Of a DNA stretch of 26,945 bases, positions 1-6,634 are shown piece by piece. The DNA is from a bacterium (GTDB lineage: Bacteria; Arandabacterota; Arandabacteria; Arandabacterales; JALGWA01). A program made the position numbers and the translations under genes. The DNA is taken from positions 1 to 26,945 of the forward strand of contig JASFEA010000025.1 of assembly GCA_050125095.1 (NCBI GenBank), in the 5' to 3' direction. The notes beneath the pieces are model-generated. The model was not told the origin of the DNA. It searched no databases and saw only the letters and a program-made list of their open reading frames with translations. Positions within the stretch are counted from its first letter, which is position 1. Each line of letters opens with the position of its first letter.

Positions 1-75
1 AAGCCTCGGCGGAACACCTTCATATCCGGGCTGAGTGATTTGTGCATTTCAAGACCTGACCCCCAGAATGCACAA
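1..75. repeat. REP-like/MITE-like dispersed repeat, copy A (probably truncated by window edge)
   Basis: 1-63 aligns without gaps to 15807-15869 at 55/63 identity (hand count). Core TGTGCATTTCAAGACCTGACCCC at 41-63 is identical. Inverted repeat TTGTGCATT (40-48) / AATGCACAA (67-75). Confidence 0.8.
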
Positions 76-93
76 CCCGGGCCCCCGGCAGGT

Positions 94-1578
94 CTATTCA
101 AGCACCACCACCTTGCGCGACTCACTCGCCCGTCCGGCCGCCAGCTTCACGACGTAGACTCCGGGACTCACACGAACGCCCTCTGAATCCCTGCCGTCCC
201 AGGCCGTGGCGTACTCGCCCGAAACGCGATGCCCCGACTCCAGCGCCCTGACCAGTCGGCCCGTGACGTCGTATATAGAGAGATTCACATCCATATTCCC
301 CGGCACCTGGAAACGTATCACCGTGCCCGACACCACAGGATTGGGAGCGGGGCCGGCCAGCAGACCGGAGCCCTCTTTGCCGCCGGCGGCAGGCGCTCCC
401 GCCTGTTCGTCACGGACGTTGATGAGCCATGCGTCATACCCGCCCGCGCCGAACGAGGATGTGTGCCCCGACACGATGTAGTGGCCCGGGGCGTATTTCC
501 ATATGGAGTTCCCCCAGTCCGAGCCGGAGCCCCCGAAGTGCTGCTCCCAGACCCAACCCGAACCCCAGACACGCTTCAGCAGCATAAGGTCATTGTTGTG
601 GGTAGTGTTGTCCTTTATCGCGCCGCAGAAGAGGTATCCCTGATCATCGGTGAAACATATGGAATTGCCGCAGTCGTAGTAGATATCACTGAAGCCCCTG
701 GTATAGCGCCTGTAACCCAACGGGGCGCCGTCCAGGTCCGCCCGCAGAAACGAGGGGCCGAGCGGGTCCCTGACCTCTATGGCCCACTTGCCGCAAACCA
801 CCATTTCCGTGTCGGCCACGGCGCGTACACACATTCCATAGTCGGGATTGTTGAGTCCCGCATCGCCGTATTCATAGTCCCAGATCACGCTGCCGCCCGG
901 GTCCATCTTCAGGACCCACATCTGGAGATTGCTCGTCTGGTCGGCCCGGGAGCCGCAAATCGCGTAGTTGCCGTCCCCGAGCTCGCAGACACTCTGTCCC
1001 CAGTTATAATCGGCGTCGTCTATGACCCTGGTCCATACAGTGTCGCCGTCGTCCTCGAGCTTGAGGACGAACATGTCATGAATGTCGTCCGCAAAGGAAT
1101 CGGTCATGCCGGTCACGACTATATAGCCGTCGCTGGTAACGCATACACCCCGGGCTTCATCGAGCTTGGCCCCCCCATAGGTGCGCGTCCAGAGCGTGTC
1201 GCCTCCCGAATCCACCTTCAGAATGTAGGCGTCCTCCACTCCCGCACCAAAGGAGCTTGTATAGCCAGCGATAACGAATCCGCCGTCACCCGTCTCCCGG
1301 ACGTCGTAAGCATAATCCTCACCGGAGCCGCCATACGTCCTGGTCCAGATAGTGTCACCGGCGGCGTCCGTTTTGACCGCATACACATTGACATTGTCGG
1401 GCCCGAAAGAGTAGGTGTAACCTACTGCCAGATAGCCGCCGTCGCCGGTCGCAATGGCGGACCGGAAGCCGTCGTTATAAGGCCCGCCGTAGGTCCTGCA
1501 CCACAGGGAGTCGACATCCGCGCCCGCCGAACCGGCTATCAGAAGCAGCGCGCAGCCAACTGCCATTGCCGTTTTCAT
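94..1578 (-). CDS. Secreted 7-blade beta-propeller repeat protein with C-terminal FlgD-Ig/T9SS-like sorting domain
   Basis: AGGAGG (1585-1590) precedes ATG 1578; an alternative ATG at 1623 overlaps the upstream stop. Signal peptide MKTAMAVGCALLLIAGSAGA. Seven ~50-aa WxRTYGG...DGG...G.T.SFG...K.D..G repeats. C-terminus PNPV...IYDVTGRLVR...WDGRDSEG..V.PGVY..KL. Confidence 0.85.
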   Translation of the reverse strand: MKTAMAVGCALLLIAGSAGADVDSLWCRTYGGPYNDGFRSAIATGDGGYLAVGYTYSFGPDNVNVYAVKTDAAGDTIWTRTYGGSGEDYAYDVRETGDGGFVIAGYTSSFGAGVEDAYILKVDSGGDTLWTRTYGGAKLDEARGVCVTSDGYIVVTGMTDSFADDIHDMFVLKLEDDGDTVWTRVIDDADYNWGQSVCELGDGNYAICGSRADQTSNLQMWVLKMDPGGSVIWDYEYGDAGLNNPDYGMCVRAVADTEMVVCGKWAIEVRDPLGPSFLRADLDGAPLGYRRYTRGFSDIYYDCGNSICFTDDQGYLFCGAIKDNTTHNNDLMLLKRVWGSGWVWEQHFGGSGSDWGNSIWKYAPGHYIVSGHTSSFGAGGYDAWLINVRDEQAGAPAAGGKEGSGLLAGPAPNPVVSGTVIRFQVPGNMDVNLSIYDVTGRLVRALESGHRVSGEYATAWDGRDSEGVRVSPGVYVVKLAAGRASESRKVVVLE

Positions 1579-1619
1579 CTCAAACCTCCTCATCTCCTGT
1601 CCGGTTTTCATGACGGCCC

Positions 1620-2303
1620 TCATTTCGCGGCGCGCGCCGCGCGCAGGCTGTCAACCGCCGTCCGTGATATCTCGATCACGCGCGTGCTGTGGAGCTGGTT
1701 GCGAACGCTGGTGAGGATGTTGCCGTCCCGTATCGGCGGGGAGGGTTCGCCCGCCCAGATGGCGCCGGCATCGAGGTACTCCTGAAGGTACGCCGCCTTG
1801 CCCGTGACATGTATGCCGTTGATCACGTCGGCGGCGGCCAGCACCCGGACGCCGCCGCAGAACGCCATAACGAGCAGGCCCTCCTGGGCGGCCTGGCTGA
1901 CCAGGCTCACCGCCTCGGGACTGGCCAGAAGCTGCCCGTGGGAACCGCCCGGCGCACCCGAGTTGCCGGGCATAATGGCAAGCACGTCGTAACCCGAGAG
2001 GTCGGTGATGTCCCCTATGAGCACATCCACGGCCTTGGGCTCTCCATAGAAGCAGTTCTCCACCACCGAGTCCAGGCCCGTGTAGGTGAAGTTCCACCCG
2101 TAGAACTCCATCGCGTCCCGGATCAGATTGGTGTTGCCTCCGTAGAATCTGGTGAGCATAATCAGCGCCCTGACCTCACCCGACCCGGCATCGCGCGGCG
2201 CGCCGGCTGCCAGGGCTCGGGGAGTATCGTGCCCGCCGCCCGCGACCATCACCAGGATGGGCAAGAGGGCGATTACGAGGAAAGCTGAAGCGAGGTGCTT
2301 CAT
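1620..2303 (-). CDS. DJ-1/PfpI family protein with N-terminal signal peptide (atypical active site)
   Basis: AAAAGGAGG before ATG 2303. Hydrophobic N-terminus. Motifs YDVLAIMPG, nucleophile elbow AFCGG..VLAAA, G.HVTG, GA.W...P.IRDGNILT. Confidence 0.85.
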   Translation of the reverse strand: MKHLASAFLVIALLPILVMVAGGGHDTPRALAAGAPRDAGSGEVRALIMLTRFYGGNTNLIRDAMEFYGWNFTYTGLDSVVENCFYGEPKAVDVLIGDITDLSGYDVLAIMPGNSGAPGGSHGQLLASPEAVSLVSQAAQEGLLVMAFCGGVRVLAAADVINGIHVTGKAAYLQEYLDAGAIWAGEPSPPIRDGNILTSVRNQLHSTRVIEISRTAVDSLRAARAAK

Positions 2304-2417
2304 CGCGGCCTCCTTTTCGACAGGGGGGATTACCACAAATGGTCAAAAGACCGGGTGCAACTGTCGTCCGTGGCAAACAGGGGGGAATAGAGGCTGGCGT
2401 TGAATCTTTTCAGCCTG

Positions 2418-2446
2418 ACTATACTAAGCCCGGCTGAATTTGAGAA
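2418..2446 (-). promoter_or_regulatory. Putative sigma70 promoter for the DJ-1/propeller pair
   Basis: TTCTCA-N17-TATAGT on the minus strand. Confidence 0.45.
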
Positions 2447-2464
2447 GGTATAGAATTCGGAGCG

Positions 2465-2959
2465 TCAGCCGGCTTTGTACTTTATCTTCCTCAGGAAGTC
2501 CATGCGCACTTTCTTATGCTCTTCGCCTTCGACACCCAGGGGGACCTCGCCGTCCATAACGCCGAGCACGGCGCGCTGCTCCCCCTCCTCCGCTACCACC
2601 ATCTTGATAGGATTGGCGGTGGCGCAGAATATCCGGCATACCTCCGGACAGGCCTTGATGGCCGGAAGCACGTTAATGGGAAAGGCCTCCCTTATAAACG
2701 CTATGAAGAAGTGGCCCGACCCCACGGCCTTCGCGGCCTCGACGGCGGCATCGGTGAGCTCCTTGTCGTTTCCGTCCCACCGTATGAGCCTCTCCTGGGA
2801 GGCCTCGCAGAAGGCGACGCCGAACTCAATCCCCGGAACGCCGGTTGTGAAGATCTCAAAAAGGTCCTCTACCGTCTTTATGAAATGCGACTGCCCGGCG
2901 ATCACGTTGGCGCCCTCGGGTATCGCTACGTCAACCAGCTTCGTATCCAATTTCAGCAC
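2465..2959 (-). CDS. Adenosine-specific kinase family protein (DUF355)
   Basis: GQSHFIKTVEDL, FGVAFCEAS, AFPINVL..IK.CPEVCRIFCATANP, R.VLGV.DG..PLGVE motifs. The true start may be TTG 2950, because the GGAGG overlaps GTG 2959. Confidence 0.9.
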   Translation of the reverse strand: MLKLDTKLVDVAIPEGANVIAGQSHFIKTVEDLFEIFTTGVPGIEFGVAFCEASQERLIRWDGNDKELTDAAVEAAKAVGSGHFFIAFIREAFPINVLPAIKACPEVCRIFCATANPIKMVVAEEGEQRAVLGVMDGEVPLGVEGEEHKKVRMDFLRKIKYKAG

Positions 2960-3044
2960 CTCCTATCTCATAACCTCATAAGTCCCGAGGCCATGCTACA
3001 CCACATCCAGCCCGTCTCTCAATATCAAAAGGGACGGTCCCGGC

Positions 3045-3656
3045 TCACTCGGCTTCGCGGTCTTCTATTATCTGCAGTATCACCCAGAGTCCCGGATACG
3101 CCGGGTCAGGGACCACCGTCACATGAAACCAGGTGTGATTGACCTCCAGATACCGCCTGTCGGTGCACATCTCATGCAGGCTGATATAGATCACAGGGTC
3201 GAGCGTGATCTCGAGCGCGCCTGTGCCGCCGCATGAGAAGCCTGACCGCATGGGGATATTCTCGCAGGGCGCCCAGCCGGTCACGGGCAGAAGGTCCAAA
3301 TCAAAACCCTCGAAGCACGGCTCGGCAAAGAGCTCGGCCGTCAGCCGGATAGCGTCAGCCTTGCCGAACCAGGCTCTTTCCGGGGGACTTTCCATTGTAC
3401 TGAGATAGCCGGGGCCGTACTCGTAAATGAAGGAGTCGTGGAGCAGCGATTCATACATTGCCATATCGCGGTACTCGTGGGCGACTTCGTAGGAGTGGAT
3501 GAGATTATCGGGAGTGCTCCTGTCGGCGGCGAGGCCCGAGGGAGCGCCCAGGACACATAAGCGCCGGCACCCGCAATTCACCGCGGGCTCCGCCGCTGCG
3601 CAGACGGCAACAATGAATAATGCCTCCAGGCGCGTAACCAGCCGTGTCCCGGTCAT
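3045..3656 (-). CDS. Hypothetical exported protein, possibly NTF2/SnoaL-like fold
   Basis: 203-aa ORF with a hydrophobic N-terminal stretch. RSTPDNLI..Y..A...RD...YE.LLHD.F.Y pattern and a terminal W.I..I.E strand, typical of NTF2-like proteins. Start uncertain. Confidence 0.65.
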   Translation of the reverse strand: MTGTRLVTRLEALFIVAVCAAAEPAVNCGCRRLCVLGAPSGLAADRSTPDNLIHSYEVAHEYRDMAMYESLLHDSFIYEYGPGYLSTMESPPERAWFGKADAIRLTAELFAEPCFEGFDLDLLPVTGWAPCENIPMRSGFSCGGTGALEITLDPVIYISLHEMCTDRRYLEVNHTWFHVTVVPDPAYPGLWVILQIIEDREAE

Positions 3657-3692
3657 CGCTCATCGTCACCTCCCCGGTCCTCCTTTATATTG

Positions 3693-3721
3693 ACTATACT
3701 CAGGGATTGGGCTCCCGACAA
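3693..3721 (-). promoter_or_regulatory. Putative sigma70 promoter
   Basis: TTGTCG-N17-TATAGT on the minus strand upstream of 3045..3656. Confidence 0.5.
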
Positions 3722-3826
3722 GTCAGCGGCCGCAAAACACGCCATTGACATCATGCAGCATGTTTGGCATAGGTGAATAGTCTCCTTCTGGAGTACGAAC
3801 GGGTACCCTTTACGACGGAAGCGATT

Positions 3827-4771
3827 ATGAAACCCGCTATGCGCAGATTCGAAAGAGACGACGATTACTGGAGAATAAGGGGTTTCCTGCGCGAGGTCTT
3901 CCTCCTCAACGAACGCCGGGAGCTCTCCTGGCAGACCTACAGGTTCGATTACTGGCGCTGGCACGGCATATTGAACATGAAAGACGGAGCACTTGAGACT
4001 GACGTCTTCATATGGGAGATCCCGGATGGAGGCATGGCCGCCGTCCTCAACCGCGAGGCACCGGGCAGCGTGTTCCTCCAGGTCCACCCGGAGATGAGGA
4101 CGCAGGAGCTCGAGGAGGAGATGATAGCGGTCGCAGAGGAGCACCTCAGCATAACGCCGACTGAGCGCAGACCCGCCATACGAATATGGGCCGCCACCGA
4201 TGACGCCATGCGCCGGGATTTGCTGGCGAGGCTTGGCTACGAGATATTCGACACGCCGACATCCAGGGAATACGCCCGGTGGCAGGACTTGACCGGAGAT
4301 ACCCCACATGTCCCCTTCCCGGAAGGTTACACCATAAGGACGCTTGCCGGGGACGACGAACTCCCGGGTCGCGCCCGGGCATCCTGGAGGGCCTTCCATC
4401 CCGATGAGCCGGAGAACGGCTTCGGCGGCTGGGAGTGGTACCTCAATGTCCAGCGTGCGCCGCTCTACCGCCGTGACCTTGACATTGTCGCGGTGGCGCC
4501 GGCCGGCGAGATCGCCACCTTCGCCACCGTCTGGTTCGATGACGTGACGCGCACGGGCGCTTTCGAGCCCGTGGGGACCGTCCCCGAGCATCAGAAGCGC
4601 GGCCTCGCAAAGGCCGTCATGTGCGAGGGCCTCAAGAGACTGAAGCACCTCGGGGCGACCAGGGCCTTCGTCGGGTCCTATAGCGCCGGGGCCCACGCCA
4701 CGTACGCCTCGATGGGCTTCCGCGATTACCAACTCCTGGAGCCCTGGACAAGAGAGTTGACGCGCACTTGA
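3827..4771 (+). CDS. GNAT family N-acetyltransferase (tandem-domain type)
   Basis: C-terminal acetyl-CoA motif A FEPVGTVPEHQKRGLAKA and motif B A.ATYASMGF. Start ATG 3827 (ORF open from 3773). Confidence 0.88.
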   Translation: MKPAMRRFERDDDYWRIRGFLREVFLLNERRELSWQTYRFDYWRWHGILNMKDGALETDVFIWEIPDGGMAAVLNREAPGSVFLQVHPEMRTQELEEEMIAVAEEHLSITPTERRPAIRIWAATDDAMRRDLLARLGYEIFDTPTSREYARWQDLTGDTPHVPFPEGYTIRTLAGDDELPGRARASWRAFHPDEPENGFGGWEWYLNVQRAPLYRRDLDIVAVAPAGEIATFATVWFDDVTRTGAFEPVGTVPEHQKRGLAKAVMCEGLKRLKHLGATRAFVGSYSAGAHATYASMGFRDYQLLEPWTRELTRT

Positions 4772-4791
4772 CGACGGCCCTTATCCGGACC

Positions 4792-6225
4792 TCATAGAAG
4801 AGCCGGCACCACGTACTTCAGAAGCAATCCGACAACTTCGTCGCTTTTGTCAGTGTGATAGACGGCGGTTGTCACAACCACCACGTTCAGGGCCGGGATA
4901 CATACGATGTACTGCCCTCCCGTGCCGCTGGCAAGGTACGCCGAGAACTCCTCCTGCTCATGTGTCCACCAGAAGTACCCGTAAGCGCCGTCCAGGCCGG
5001 TCTCTATTAGCGGGCTCGTCGAAGCCGCAACAAAATCGCGAGGCAGGACCTGTTCGCCACCCCACTTGCCGTTCATAAGGTGAAGCTGGCCGTATCTCGC
5101 CATGTCTCTCGACATGAGCCTCAGGCCCCCTGCGCAGCTGGGGCGCCCCTCGCCCACAGTCGGCTGCCAGTAGGCCCTCCTTATTCCGATGGGCTCGAAC
5201 AGATACTCGAAGGCGAACTCGAGGAGTTTCCTTCCCGATTCCTGCTCGATGATATAGCCCAGCATGTTGGGGTATCCGCTGTTGTAATACCACCTGGTTC
5301 CGGGCTCGTTCACTATCGGACGCTCGAGCACGAACTTTATGAAGTCGCCGCTGGCGCCGGCGATATGTGCGTCACAGGCCTCCGGGTCGGCATAATACGT
5401 CTCGAGTTCGTTCCAATCGAAACCGGCGGACATGGTAAGCAGATGCTCTATTGTAATCTCCTTCTTGGCTTCATCGAAGAGTGCGGAGTACTCGGGAAGA
5501 TACTCATAAAGGGGATCCCCGAGGTCCCCGATGAATCCCTCCCGAACGGCGAGCCCTACCAGAGTGGCGGTCACACTCTTGGTTACGGATTGCAGCCTGT
5601 GAAGTCGAAGGGGATCCCAGCCGTTCATGTATTCCTCGAAAACCAGCTTGCCGTCCTTGACGATCAGAATACTGTGGACGTAGTCGTAGTTGGCGTAGAT
5701 GTCGTTCATCATCTGATCAAGGTGTTCCGCGCCCATACCCACTTCATCAAGGGACGCCACCTCCCATCCCCCCTCCACTTCCAGGGGTTTCTTATAGGCG
5801 TAGGGCTGAGGCGGCCGGGCATGGTACTCCCTCAGCCTCATTATGTCCTCTGCGATCCTCTTGCCCGTCATATCCAGGTCATAGGTGCCGCATTCGAGGT
5901 GCAGGCGATCGAACTCCCCGCTGTCGCCTTTCATGAACCTGACGGTGAAGTCCTTTGTGGTCTTGAGCACCGCCCTGTACTCCTTGTTCCCGGCGTCCCG
6001 GAGTTCCAGCTTCATGGGCGCGTCCGCGATGTCCAGCATCGCGTAAAGGTCACCGTCGTTCTCGTATACGTGCGCCAGGAATCTCGCCCCCCTGTCCAGA
6101 TTGTCAAACAGGTAGTCGCCTGTAAGCGGACTCTCGGTCGCCGCCTCGGAGATGAATGAAGCAGACAAGAGACCTGTGATCCCTGCAGATATGAACAGGG
6201 CCGCAACCAGGTAAGACCGTTTCAT
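4792..6225 (-). CDS. Exported serine hydrolase, beta-lactamase class C/NylB-like family, with extra N-terminal domain
   Basis: AAAGGAG SD, signal peptide, SxxK (QSVTKS), YxS (WYYNSG), LLTMSAG, GGLRL..RDMAR.G.L, YGYFWW, ASGTGGQ. Confidence 0.9.
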   Translation of the reverse strand: MKRSYLVAALFISAGITGLLSASFISEAATESPLTGDYLFDNLDRGARFLAHVYENDGDLYAMLDIADAPMKLELRDAGNKEYRAVLKTTKDFTVRFMKGDSGEFDRLHLECGTYDLDMTGKRIAEDIMRLREYHARPPQPYAYKKPLEVEGGWEVASLDEVGMGAEHLDQMMNDIYANYDYVHSILIVKDGKLVFEEYMNGWDPLRLHRLQSVTKSVTATLVGLAVREGFIGDLGDPLYEYLPEYSALFDEAKKEITIEHLLTMSAGFDWNELETYYADPEACDAHIAGASGDFIKFVLERPIVNEPGTRWYYNSGYPNMLGYIIEQESGRKLLEFAFEYLFEPIGIRRAYWQPTVGEGRPSCAGGLRLMSRDMARYGQLHLMNGKWGGEQVLPRDFVAASTSPLIETGLDGAYGYFWWTHEQEEFSAYLASGTGGQYIVCIPALNVVVVTTAVYHTDKSDEVVGLLLKYVVPALL

Positions 6226-6323
6226 AGACTTTGTCTCCTTTCTTTGCGCGGGTCTTCAGATCCCAACTTCTCGAAACTCACATGGCCTTCGCGGAAGAAC
6301 TCGTCGGACACAAATCGTCTCAC
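6222..6323 (-). CDS. Putative 33-aa upstream ORF/leader peptide (MRRFVSDEFFREGHVSFEKLGSEDPRKERRQSL)
   Basis: AAGGAGG (6329-6335) lies 5 nt before GTG 6323. Its TGA overlaps the hydrolase ATG as ATGA. Confidence 0.45.
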   Translation of the reverse strand: MRRFVSDEFFREGHVSFEKLGSEDPRKERRQSL

Positions 6324-6492
6324 TCGTTCCTCCTTCCCATTGGCAGCCCTCCCGCGTAGTGAAAGTCCTTCGGCCATTCGCTGCCACTCTACCCACATAT
6401 TCCTACAGGCGTCGCCCTGCATTGATATCCAGTACCGGCGGGGCGTTCGGAATTGCAATCCAGGACTCTGAAAGGAGGCTTCCGTCCCCCAC

Positions 6493-6522
6493 TTGACACC
6501 ACTCCGGACATGTTCGTATAGT
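6493..6522 (+). promoter_or_regulatory. sigma70 promoter for the TPR gene
   Basis: TTGACA-N18-TATAGT. Confidence 0.65.
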
Positions 6523-6634
6523 CTATTCTGGAATCAGCAACATCCCCTGTATGATCCATGGCCGGGAATTGGCATAGCATGGCAGCGAGTTCCGGCCGCG
6601 CCGGCCGCACTTTCACTCTGGACGGGAGGAAGTC

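Noticed and set aside
229..1785. Long antisense ORFs (also 3653-4732, 5080-6159, 8067-9494, 13778-15055, 16873-18273, 25056-26216)
   Set aside because: Shadow frames opposite well-supported genes in GC-rich DNA, with no recognisable motifs
2365..2420. c-di-GMP-I riboswitch suggested by GGCAAAC
   Set aside because: It is on the wrong strand for the downstream gene and lacks the GNRA stem and GCAAAG elements
4792..6225. Bona fide AmpC beta-lactamase resistance gene
   Set aside because: It has YxS and ASG in place of YxN and KTG, which fits the esterase/amidase (NylB-like) branch
6569..6585. sigma54 promoter (TGGCATAGCATGGCA)
   Set aside because: GG-to-GC spacing is 9 rather than the required 10, and a good sigma70 promoter lies upstream
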